Shown here: piece by piece, positions 37,186 through 48,661 of the stretch
Layout of the letters: every line of letters starts with the position of its first letter
Numbering within the stretch: the stretch's first letter is position 1
Source of the DNA: Phyllosticta citribraziliensis
Lineage: Eukaryota
Reading direction: 5' to 3'
Assembly (NCBI RefSeq): GCF_038025025.1
Contig: NW_027117350.1
Span: forward strand, 496,001-560,000
Length of the DNA stretch: 64,000 nt
Notes under the pieces: generated by a model
Told to the model about the DNA's origin: nothing
Databases searched by the model: none
Seen by the model: the letters and a program-made list of their open reading frames with translations, nothing else
Translations under genes and position numbers: made by a program

Positions 37186-38456
37186 TCAAGCCCAGATGCG
37201 GAGCTGCAGCAAATCACGTTAGCGACAAAAAACATTTTCGACGAGTAATGCCGATGCTCACCATCGAATCCCACGAGCCCGTGCAAAGACTCATGGCATC
37301 ATTGCTCACGCCCAAGCAGGACACACGGTTGTCATGGCCCTGCAAAGTCCCGACCTTTTCGCCGCGGAGCGTGTCCCAGACCTAATTTGGTTAGCAATAC
37401 TCAAGTCATCCGGGCTTGCTCAACTAACCTTGCACTCGAAGTCGTCATAACCAGCAAACAAAAGGCGACCAGATACGGAGAAAGCGACGGAAGTGATGCC
37501 GCAGACGGGCTCTCCAATCTACAGCTTGTCAGCAGGGGCTCGTTTGGTCAAATCGGGTCTTCTTACAGTGTAGCTTTGGAGCTCCCTGTCGGCGCGAATA
37601 TCGAATAGACGGCAAGACGCGTCGTCCGAGCCAGTACCAAAGGCATTTCCGTTGGGGAAGTATTGGATGGCGTTGATGTCCGAGTCGTGTGCGGCAAAGG
37701 TCTGCACACACTTTTGCTGACGAATGTCCCAAAGCTTGGCAAACGCGTCGCATGCACCAGACACAAATTGATTGTTGTCGAGTGGGTTGATGGACAAGCT
37801 CATAACATCGCCCAAATGGTCTGCAAACTCGTGGATTTTGGAGCCAGTTTCGAGATCCCACAAAACACAAGTCATGTCACCAGAGGAAGTAAGGATTCTG
37901 CGGTCGCTGATGAAGCGACAGCAACTGAGGTAACCGGAGTGGCCCGACAATTCGCGAGCCACGCGAGTAGGACCTTCACGCGCCGAGAGGTTGTAAATGG
38001 AGCAAATGTTGTCGAGACCACCGCAGGCAACAAAGTTGCCGCTGGGAGAGTAGGCGCAAGTCATGACCCATGACGAACGGAGGGGGATTGCGTGGACCTT
38101 GTTTGTGGTGTAGGCGTCCCAGATGATGAGTTTCCCGTCTTGTGAAGCCGAGACGAGGTGTCTGCGGTCCGTCGACCAGTGCATGGCGTAAATCTTGGCC
38201 AGATGGCCCTTCAGAGTGCGCTTGGTCTTCATGGTCAGCCTCGGCAGCTGCTCGACCCTCTGTTTGGCGACATCGCGCACTGCAAATCTATCAGCAGGGG
38301 AGGACTCGGAAAGACAATGGCGTGTGTGGGATTGGGCATACAGGTCGTGTCGGCCAACTCGTCCTTCTTCCGCTTTATCCGGTCCTTGAGGGCTTCGGCA
38401 TCCCGTCTCGCAATCTGGATTTTTTGCTGAATGCTCTCGGCATTCAAGTCGGCCAT
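37186..38456 (-). CDS. sfaD: Heterotrimeric G-protein beta subunit (SfaD/GNB-1/Gpb1 orthologue), 5 exons
   Basis: [92 protein letters not shown], end LRIWA*. Confidence 0.97.
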
Positions 38457-39269
38457 GGTGAGGGAGTGTCGTCGTCGAGCGGTGTCGTCGGTGTGGGAAG
38501 GGGGAGGCGTGGACGCGACGAGAGGTTGCGACAGGCAGGAGGATCCAGGGGTCTGCGGCGGGCTTGCCGCGGTGAGGCCGGAACGAGTGAATGAGTGACT
38601 GCTGAGGAGACGTCCGCGGACCCGGCGACGAGCGCAAAGCAGATGTGAGAGGACTGGGGATGGGGTGGATTGAGTCGAGCCGAGCTGGTGGTGAAGGGGC
38701 TAGAGGTGTGGTCGCGGAGGAGAGGTGGATGAAGTTCACTAACAGCTCCCAGCCCTCGGCCGCAACCCGAACGGAGACTGGCGCACGGCCCTGGCGCTAT
38801 GGCTTGAGATGGTGGTTCGGGCCTGCAATGGCTGCGATTGGCGAATGGCGGAGCGGCGCGCGAAAAGCAGACGACTGGACGGCTAGGACACGACAGGCTG
38901 ACGTGCAGACGGAGACGGAGACGGGGCGACAGACGAGACGAGAGGGGAGCTGAGGGCTGGAGTGGAGTGGAGGTGCGGTGCGGTGATGTCGGGACAAGTG
39001 CAGGCAGTGGAGCGCAGGGAAGGGAAGGGGAAGGGAAGTAGCAGGAGTACAGGGCAAGACTCCAGTACTGTAGTGGCAGTGGCAGTGGCAGCAGCCGTGG
39101 CTCTGGAAATGAGGCCCCCGAAACGGGCAAGCGCCGTCGGGGCTTCGGCTACCTTGCGCTCTAGCCCGTGCTCAGTCAGGTCCATTCGTTCGCCTCTCCA
39201 ACAAACACCACCACCCGACCTCACCTGCACCCGCTCCCGTCCTCCGTCTTGCATCACCGCCGCTCCGCC

Positions 39270-40871
39270 ATGGCCCGCCGGCCCTCCTCTACCTTTGCCC
39301 TCCGCCTGCCCAAGGTCGAGGTACTTCCAATGCCCCCTCGCCAAATCCACTCCGTCATCGTCCCAGGAAACCACCCGCTCAAAAGCCTTGCCGCATCCGG
39401 CTCATTAGACTCTGCGCTAACCCCTCCCTCAGCTCCATGCCCACCTCAGTGGCTCCATCAATCGCGCCATCCTCCACGACATCTGGCTCCAGAAAAAGAC
39501 TGCGCTGCCCTCCTTTGATCTGCAAGACCCTCTGTTGGCCATTCCCCCAAACAAAGTCGACTACGACCTCGAGACGTGAGTCCATCTTCGATTCGCACTC
39601 CGCAGACCCGAACCGTCCATCGTGTCTTGTTTCTTGCTGTCTTGCCGCTTGTTCCTTTGATAAGAGTCCTTGCTCGTCCAGCTTGATCAGGGGCCATCAT
39701 TCCTCGTTCCGGTGCTCCAGGGCCATTTTGACGCTGAAGTTGCCGCATCGACCCGTCTCGGGGTTCACGTCAAATACGTCTCACGCCACCAGTTCGATCC
39801 CGTCTGGCTGTTTTGATGTCGTTGCATCGAGCCATGTCTAACTTTTTCCTTTTCTCAATTCTCTTGGCTGATGAAACCCAAGCTTCTTCCCTCTGTTCTC
39901 ATCGTACATCTACAAGCTGTGCAGCGATCTGGAAAGCATCAAGTACGCTGGGCATCCTGACCCGCACGGACCATTGATCTAATGCGGCAGACATTCGACT
40001 TTTGCTGTGCTCGAGTCTTTCCGCGAGGACAATGTCGTGCATCTGGAACTCCGCACTACTCCAAGGGCCATTCCAAGTGAATCCATTTCCAAATCGCAAT
40101 ATGTGGAAACTGTGCTCGCCTGCATTGATGAGCATCACGCGCGGCCGGGGAACCAAATGCGCACTGGTCTTATATTGTCTGTGGACCGCCGCAACACTCT
40201 GATCGAAGCCGAGCAAGTCGTCAGTCTGGCGCTCAAGTTTCGCTCCAAAGGCGTGCTTGGGGTTGATCTTTGCGGTGACCCTGCCAAAGGCGATATAAGA
40301 ATCTTTTCCGGAGCATTCGCGCGGGCCAAAGCTTCTGGCCTGAAAATCACCCTCCACTTTGCGGAGGCTCCTGTGTCATCTTCGGACGAAGAGCTGTGGA
40401 CGTTGCTCAGCTGGAAACCTGACAGAATCGGCCATGTCATCCACGTAAATGATGATGTGAAAGAAGAGATTGTGAGGCAGAACATTGGTGTCGAGCTCTG
40501 TCTCTCTTGCAATGTACATGCCAAGATGATTACCGGATCCTTTGAGGACCACCACTTTGGCATGTGGAGAACGTCTGGTGTCGGAGTCGCTCTTTCGGTG
40601 GGTCTGCCTTTGCTGTGTCATTGCCAGACTGACGCCCATGCAGACCGACGACGTCGGTGTTTTTTGCAGTACCTTGTCCCAAGAGTATATGCTGGCCATA
40701 AAGCACTTTGGACTCAGCGTGGAAGATGTCTGCGAACTTTGTCTAGGCGCTGCGCGTATTTCGTTTGGAGAGGAGGAGGAGAAAGAGCGCCTGCGTAAGC
40801 TATATCTCGAGTGGGATGGATGGCAAGGGGATCACGACAGTCCCAAGTATGGAACTACTGAAAGATATTGA
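39270..40871 (+). CDS. Adenosine deaminase-like protein (ADAL / N6-methyl-AMP deaminase family), 5 exons
   Basis: LPKVE|LHAHLSGSI, HLELRTTPR, GVDLCGDP, ITLHFAE, PDRIGHVI, ELCLSCN, S|TDDVGVF. Confidence 0.88.
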
Positions 40872-41329
40872 GCATACCCAATGGGCTTGTCATGAGTAAA
40901 CCCACCGTCTTCTTGTTTTTACGCCCGGCAGTCAGTTTGTAGAGAACGAGCCAGACCCTTCATTTGCATTCAAACGGCAAGCAAACATGACGTTTCAAAA
41001 TTCTAGCCATGTGACAACCACAGGATAGCTCATGGAGGTCATCGTCTGCACTGAATTCCCCATATACTACGTGGTCGAGGTCGACGATGAATATCTTGCC
41101 TTACATTGCCGGATTTGGAATCATCACGTGACACCGCGATGTCGGATTTCTGACGATCGCGAGTCTCTGATGGCAACCACTTACCACACCACCACCCCGC
41201 ACAACCCTGCGCTTGACCCAACAACGTCTCTCCGTCCTCATTCTCTGCCCGTATTCTTTACTTAAGACCGCCACGTCAGACTCCGAGCTCAACCGTAACG
41301 ATCCGCCCTTCCGGAGGCTGGCCAACGCA

Positions 41330-43808
41330 ATGTCACTCCGCCCGCCTCGTCGAACGCGACAAAGTCGCCTCGACTTCACGCCGGTCCCGTCTTCGTCCCC
41401 GGCTGCTGCACAGCTGTCTCCCGACGCCCGCCACCGAGCTGCTTTGGTGGACTTTGACGAATCGCCACGCAAAAAGCAAAGGACGAGGCAAGGCCAAGAC
41501 CTGGCTGGAATAAGTATGTTTCCACATCACTCGCGCTTCGAATGACCGGATGGCCACATGGCTTTGGGCAAACGCAAGTTGCACGTGGCTGTGGGTCTAC
41601 AGTCTCCACAACGCTCAAGTTCCAAGAGACGAGGCTTTGCAGTCTTGGAATGCTTCGAGCCTTTTCGACTACCGTGCCAACACCATGCTCCTGCCCTCTA
41701 CAAATCGCTTTCATTAGCGGCGCATTGCTGATTTATGGAAATAGATAATTTTGGCCCGCTCACGCCCAGGTCCTCGCTTCCAAAAGGTTGGTCTGACTAG
41801 ACCGTCTTCCCCGCAATCGTCATGTGTGCTAACGTGATTTAGTCTTCGGGTCCACCACGAAAGCCAACTCAGGTCTCCCGATCCACTCAGATCAGGGCGA
41901 AGTCATCGATACCTCAGATAGCAGCGAAGACGAGCCTCTGCCTACGAGCCAGCGGCGAAGCAAGACCTTCTTCAACAGTAGCGCTCAAAAGACACAAAGC
42001 AGATTGAACCGGGCAGGACCTCAGAATAAAGCTTCTCCCTCGCAAGCTGCAGATGAGAGCTCTTCAGAAGATGAGATGCCGACATCAGCGGCTCGACGGC
42101 GCCAAACTCCTGCACAAAAGCAAGGCACGAGGATGGCACGAGCAAGGGCCCAGGGAAATTCGAATGGCTCACCGCGGTCGCAACGCCATCAACCGAGACT
42201 TTCACGGCTATCAAGAGGCTCCAAAAGCAAACCAATGGTCATATCAGATGACGAGGACCAAAGTGACGCTTCACCTCGTGCCGAGGCCGTAGATTATGAT
42301 CTTGGTGAAGCTGAGTCCAGTGGTGACGAGGTTATGGAGAGCTCACCTGGTATTCGTACAAGGAAAGGCAAAGGAAGAATGGCAGTCGAGGTCTACAGCG
42401 AAGAGGAAGAAAGCGAAGAAAGCCAACAGGCGCACAGGAGGCGGCTGCGTCGAGAACCCCAGGAAGCTTCGTCTTCAGAAACGGACGAGGATGACCCGCC
42501 AGCTAGCCGAAGGCGGCTGAGCAAGAGAAAGCACGCTGCTTCTGACAGCGAAGAGGAAGACGAGTCGAACAGGCACCGACGGAACCAGCAAGAACAGGAG
42601 GATCTTGAAGAAGATCTCGAGTTCCTTGGAACACCAACGAAAAAGGCGCGCTCCCGGAGAAGCCCTCCCCGGGAAAAGACTGCACGCGAGCTGGCCCTGG
42701 AGAGGCTCAAGCGCAGTCGCGCTGGCCAGAATGTTGATCCTGTTCAAGAGGAACAGCCGCAGCTGAGCAGAAGACGGGCGTTGTATGACACGGAATCAGA
42801 GTCGGAATCAGAAACGGTTCAAGAGTTGGACGACGAGGAAGAAGAAGATGACGGAGAGGACATTGATCAAAACGAAACCCGCCCTGCCATCTACCAGGCA
42901 TCGTCCATGGCAATGTTCCAGGAGGACGATGATGACCAGGACTTTCTCGTCGAAGACGAAGACGAACCCCTCGGAGTCCCGGACGAGGAAGTTAGTCTTC
43001 CTTTGCAATTCAGCAGCACCAGCCGCATGAAGGCCAAGGACCTATTCAAATATGCCGTCGAGTGGATGGTGCAAAAGAAGCTCAATCCGGCTTTCTCAAT
43101 GCAAGACGAGATCTACACTCTGACTTTCCACAAGCTCGATGATGAAGTCCGCGCCTTGTCCGGCTCAAAGTTCACGTCATCTGCGTGGACCAGGGATTTC
43201 CACCACGCGCTCCACGCTCGGCCTTTCATCGAGGTGACGGAAATCACGGGCATCAACAGGAGCCTCCTTTCCGCCCATTGCGGCGCGTGCAACAGGACCA
43301 ATCACCCTGCCACCTGGGACATTCGTTTCACGGGCAAACCGTATCATCGAGAGACTCTCGAGGAGATTGACGACGATGACGACGAAGAGGATGAGGAGGA
43401 CGACGACGACAAATCATACAACAGCCAGGGCCACACGATTCCCTCGGCCGATCACGTTTTCCACACGGGCGTCCACTGCAAGACCAATGCCCAGACAGCC
43501 CACGCTCTCGCGCATTGGCGCTACCACCTGAACGAGTGGGTCGTCGACTGGCTCAAGGTCGAAGGCCACGTCACGGCCGAGAAGATTGTCGAGCGCGACA
43601 ACATGTCGACAAAGCAGCGGAGGCGCTACGCCAACGACGTGGTCGACGACATGGCTGAAAGGGGCGAAATCAAGCTTCTCTACCATCACTTCCGGCTCGA
43701 GATTGACAGCGCGAGGAATGCCAAGGTTAGTGTCTGCGTGTTTGAGGCGTTTGATCGTCGTGCTAATACTGTGCGCAGCAAGCTGGATGGGGCAGGTACA
43801 ATCGCTGA
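41330..43808 (+). CDS. Conserved acidic nuclear-type protein with DUF4211-like C-terminal domain, 4 exons
   Basis: MSLRPPRRTRQSRLDFTP start, long D/E/R-rich region, then FKYAVEWMVQKKLNPAF, SKFTSSAW, CGACNRTNHPAT, HALAHWRYHLNEWV. Introns ~41514-41745, 41788-41841, 43726-43778. Confidence 0.8.
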
Positions 43809-44248
43809 GCTTGCGGTCATGATTTCACGACGAAGGGTCAGCGGGGATGGTGTTGGGGTCGTTTGGATTCTATTCTTCTATGCTTGGAAAGCCTCTCTTT
43901 TCGATGACGATCCGCTGGGTCTATGGAATCTCCCAGTCCAGCATCAAGCTGATGGACCTGGGAGAATGGGTTAATCTGCCTTTGAGTGAATGGCCAGCTC
44001 TTATGAAGCTGACGAGACTGCGAGATTTACGAGCTTGCTCGAAGAATTTTTAGATAGTCGGGCTATCTCCAGTCTTTTTGCGATGAATGGGGACCGTGAA
44101 AAGGACATGGTCCTAACTTGCGCCTGTTGCCTTTCTTCTTGCAGTCCTGGTTCAAAGCCTTTCTTCACCGACTGACATTTTGTCGAAAAAATGTGCGCCG
44201 TTCCCGAGATTCCCGGTCTTCCTTCATCGTGAACATGTCCCCGCTCAT

Positions 44249-44721
44249 TCACCTCGGCAGCCCGCTGCCCGCCCCAGCACTCGCCACGGCTGCTCCCCCT
44301 CCAGCAGCAGCCGCACCACCACCACCAGCAACAGCAGCCCTCTTCCTCGCCTCGCCGCCCCTCAAACTCGGTCCCACAGCCGCCGGCTCAGCGGGGCCCC
44401 TCGCGAGCAGGTCCTCGAGGCCCAAATCTCGCCAGGCGGGGTGGCGCTGCTTCTGGGTGGCGCGCTGGATGCCGAAGGCGGCGTGCTGGTCGGGGACGAC
44501 GTCGTCCTCGTCTTCCGGGTTGACGGGCTGGTGCTGCGGCTGCACGTAGATGTCTTCGGGGAGGAGTGGCGTGCGGGTGAAGTCTTCGAAGAGGTCGGCG
44601 TAGCGCGGCGCGGCGAGGTGGATGTAGGTGCGGGAGGAGTCGCGGGACTGCGCGTGGGTGGGTGTGTTAGTGGGGTTGGTTGGTGGGTGGGGTGTGTGTG
44701 TGGGGAGGGGCGGCGTACCAT
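44249..44721 (-). CDS. APC13: Anaphase-promoting complex subunit 13 (Apc13/Swm1); first exon is the ATG alone
   Basis: ATG|GTACGC intron (44718-44648) then SRDSSRTYIHLAAPRYADLFEDF...PEDIYVQPQHQPVNPEDEDDVVPDQHAAFGIQRATQ...PAWRDLGL, matching the Pezizomycotina Apc13 pattern as I recall it. Confidence 0.85.
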
Positions 44722-44838
44722 TGTGGAGGTATGTTTTGTTGATGTTGTTGGTGTTGTTGGGTTGGTGTTTGGTTTAATGAAGATGGATGGTGTTTGTTCT
44801 CGCTAGTGGTGGACGCGGTCGACGGAGTGGATGATAGA

Positions 44839-45018
44839 TCAATGGGCGTGCTGGCGACGGCCGAAGCAACTGCGCTTAGCAATGTCGTCCTTCCGCTTCT
44901 TGCGGTTGTCGAGGTATGCGCGCAGGCGCAGCTTGATGGCCCACGGCGGCTGCAATTGAATGAGCATGACGATCCAGATGTAGGCGCCAATGAGGCCGTT
45001 TCGGATGCTCAAGCCCAT
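44839..45018 (-). CDS. 59-aa small ORF with N-terminal hydrophobic helix and basic tail, directly upstream of APC13
   Basis: GCCGCCGCCATGG start context; MGLSIRNGLIGAYIWIVMLIQLQPPWAIKLRLRAYLDNRKKRKDDIAKRSCFGRRQHAH*; third positions mostly C/G as in neighbouring genes. Confidence 0.6.
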   Translation of the reverse strand: MGLSIRNGLIGAYIWIVMLIQLQPPWAIKLRLRAYLDNRKKRKDDIAKRSCFGRRQHAH

Positions 45019-45930
45019 GGCGGCGGCGGCGGCGGCGGACCAACAACGACAAAAGAAAAACAAAGCGGAGTTGGGCTTGTGAGATGAGCTGAGCTGAGCT
45101 GAGCTGCTGGGTAGGTGGGTTCTTGTATTATATGTACAGGCAGCAATTGAGCTAGTCTTGTGCTGGCTGTGTGCTGTGGATGCTGCGCGAGATACGTAAT
45201 ACTGGTCACAGCCACTGAGCGGCCGGTCGAAGCACAGGAGCGATAGCGCGAAGAAGACCTGTTTCCGAGGCGCAGCCTCGTGACGAAGACTCTTGTCTTG
45301 TACATGTACTTACGCGGCTGGGATACCCACGGCGAGCAGGCACGAACTGGCAGAGGCGGACCTGATCCGACGGCTAGACGGCAGGGCAGGCAGGCAGGCA
45401 GGCAGGCAGCAATTGCGAGTCCTCCCTGAGGGGCAGGCAGTTGATGGCGACGACGACGAGGCCGAGCCGACGCTATTATGACTCGGCGCAGGGTGGCTGT
45501 CGTCGTTTGGGCGACAAGCAAATGAGGCCAGCCACTGGACTCACCTGCGCTTGTGGCAGCCCCGACGGCCCTACTCGGATCCATCGGGTGCGTCGGAGGC
45601 GGAGGCGAGGCGGAGGCTGCGCGTTCGGTCTGCCGCGCCTGCCGTACCGCCGCGGAGAGCGGGCGCGCCAAGCCGCGGGCCGACCTCGCTTAGATTTTCG
45701 CACTGTGGATAGCGCGGGCGATTTCCCAAGGCCTGAGAGCGACTGACCGCGACTACGACAACCGAGACGACCCAACGACGGTACAGCCACCCCCCCGGAC
45801 GAGCTTCTTGCAGACTGTGAGGCGCGCCCTCTGTGTTTTTGCAGTCCTGCTCTTCTTGCGACGCCCAGGCTGACTGTTTTCCCCCCGTCGCTGCAGACTC
45901 CGCCGTCCTACGACACCCTCAACCGCAATC

Positions 45931-46351
45931 ATGGCCCACGAGAACCTCTACTTCTCCCGCCCCCGTACCTACGGCAAGGGCTCCCGCGGCTGGTACGTTT
46001 GACCGTCTCATCAAGGAAGCGAGGGGAGGACAAGGAAACGGCGTAGATGGGAAACACGACACATGGGGCGCGAGATGGAGAGCTGGATTTCAAGAGGCGT
46101 CTCGAACATTTGCTAACGGGGTTTCTCCAGCCGCGTCTGCACCCACAAGGCCGGTCTCATCCGCAAGTACGGCCTCAACATCTGCCGTCAGTGCTTCCGT
46201 GAGAAGTCCACCGACATTGGCTTCGTCAAGGTACGAATCACCCCTTCCACGTTGGACCTGCCAAACACGCGAGAGCCGAGCATCTGCGCATACGAATCAT
46301 GGAGAGGAAGCTATGAATGGACAACGCTGACGTCTGTCACAGCACCGGTAA
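45931..46351 (+). CDS. RPS29: 40S ribosomal protein S29 (uS14), 3 exons; absent from the ORF track
   Basis: Exons 45931-45992, 46131-46230, 46343-46351 give [56 protein letters not shown]. Confidence 0.97.
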
Positions 46352-47270
46352 ATTCGTCGTCGAAAAGGAGGGGAGTTCTTCAACCGAGGGTTTCTTTTTG
46401 GGCCGGTCATGAGCGGTCGAGGACTTTGAGACATACGCCAAATGCTATGCCGAGTGCATCTCTTCACAATGGAGCTTGCTTGACGACCTACGAGGTGACG
46501 CCGTGCCCGAGTGAGGTAGATGAACCAAAAGCTGAATCGGAACCTCGAATCTCGCTTGCCAGACAAGCATGAAGGATATTGGCTGTCTTCGTGTCCAAGT
46601 ATTCTGGGGGTGAAGCATTCAATGCGCCCAATTGAAGAGCTCAAGTCTTCATCCACCAAGCTTCCACAATTCGATTGCCGCAATAACATGCCACGAGCGC
46701 TTTTCTCGACCATCCACCGGCCTGTCTCAATCTGGGAAGCTTTGCAACCAAATCAATGGTCGAAAATCAAGCGAAAGAAACCAGAAATCCGATATAGCCG
46801 ACACCTTGCATCTCTGCCCCGGCATGCCTCTATTGATGTGAACCTCGCGTCTTCCACCTGCTGGCAGGCAGTATCTACACAACTCGCCATCCCATGAGCC
46901 CTGTAGATCATCTGCCTCAAGAACGCGCTCCTCGAAACACTAATCTAACATTGACGTAGACACTAACCCAAGGGCGCGACCAACTCTCTTACAAACCTTC
47001 CCTAGTATGCGGCTCATCTTCTTGAATGCTGTGTGGATACATTCGAGATCCATATTCGTGCTCATATCGTGGCAGACGTATGTACAAGCACTGCCCGCAG
47101 ACGGCTCTTATTTACACCCTTGGGACTACAGCTCCAAGGCACACTTTTTGCATCCCTTCCCCAGTAAGCCTTGCAAACAAAACGAGCCTAACCGTATGGC
47201 TGATCCATGAGCTCACAAGACAGCTGCGGTGTCGATAGTCCTTGTCACTCGCGCGGGACTTGGGCTTGCG

Positions 47271-48661
47271 TTATGCCGTGATCCAACCTTGCGTGCAAGG
47301 TTCGACCTGCCTGACGTACTTGGCAACACGATCCAACATCCACCCGGACACGTTTTCGACAGGCGCCGCCGACGACTCATTCGCACCAAGCTTGATGACA
47401 TTTCCAGTCTTGCAGCTGGCTGGGTTGTAGTGCCACTGCACGCAGTCGGCGCGCGACTGGCACGCCTGCCGACAGCTGTCCGGCCCGCCCTGGTACACGA
47501 CCACCTCCTCGTTGTCGCCCGAGAGGTTGTCCCAGTCCGACTTGGCTTGCACAAGCTGCGGCGCCACGACGTGATTGAAGACGTCGCGGTGGCGCAGGAT
47601 GGCCGATTTGCCCTGCTCGCAACACGCGTGGTGAGCATTCGCTTCGTTTGCGCTGATTGTTGGCAGCGTGTACTTACCGCCTGAGAAAACCAAATCTGCT
47701 CAAACTTCCACATGGCCCGCACCCAGTCGGGCGGCATGTGGTGATATGTGACGACGGGGTAGCATAGATGGCGCGAGGTGTAGTCGAGCGAAAAGGGCGT
47801 CTCCCCCTGCGTGATCGGCCACGTCTCCGTGAGGCCGATGCCAACGCTGTTGAACAGCTTCGCGAGGAGGCAGTCCCCAGCCGCCTCCGACGCCGTCTGC
47901 TCATCCCACCGCTCGCGCGACTTGGTGTACTCGTCGACCGCCATGCGCAGGGCCTTGCGCGAGACAATATACCCAGTGCCGCCATGCGCAAACTTGGTGT
48001 CGCCCATCCAATTCTGGCCGCCGATGTACAGCGGCTTTTCCGGGTCGAATTGCTCGAGCCAGCGCAACAGGTTGGACCAGACGAGGTACGTGTCAGCCTC
48101 GATGAAGACGAACCACTTCGCCTGCGGGCTGTGCGCCAGCGCCTTCTCCAGCAGCGGCAAAAACTTCCACTTGTCCAGATTCCACGCGCGGTCGCGGCCA
48201 GCCGTCGTCGCCACCAGGTCCGACACGTTCTGGCCCTCGGCGCGGTACTTGCGCTGCTTGTAGTAGAAGTGGAAGTCCTGGTTCGTCGCCTTGATGGGCT
48301 CCGAGAAGTTGGCCAGCGCGTCGTGGATCGCCACGTTGTTGATGCTCTCCTCCAGGTCCGAGTAGATGACGTAGTTGGGGATGCACCGGAACGTCGTGTC
48401 GAAGTGGACGGGCACCTTTTTTCGCGCTTCCGTCGCCCCCGTCTTCATGATGACGAGCACGTCTTTGCCTGCGCCGCGCGCGGCCGTTCCGGAGTGGCAT
48501 TCAACGTCGCGGTCCGTCGATTCGAGAAACAGTGATTCGCGCTGGACGCCATAGCGGCCGACGAGATGCGGAAACGCCAAATTGTAGAGAATGTAGACAA
48601 ACGACACAAGAGAAAGGCACACGAGAACCGTCGCGCCCCGCTGTTGTCGCTGCATAAGCAT
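47271..48661 (-). CDS. Glycosyltransferase family 31 (Fringe-like), type II membrane protein, 2 exons
   Basis: N-terminal TM anchor, VIMKTGATE, WNLDKWKFLP, WFVFIEADTY, FAHGGTGYIVS, AGDCLL, PVVTYHH, Cys-rich C-terminal module. Confidence 0.88.

Noticed and set aside
44722..44841. Stop-codon readthrough fusing the 59-aa sORF to APC13
   Set aside because: The frames match, but a second in-frame stop (TAG) lies in the spacer and the first stop lacks the TGA-CTA readthrough context.
45993..46342. snoRNA hosted in RPS29 introns
   Set aside because: No C/D box pair or convincing H/ACA layout seen.
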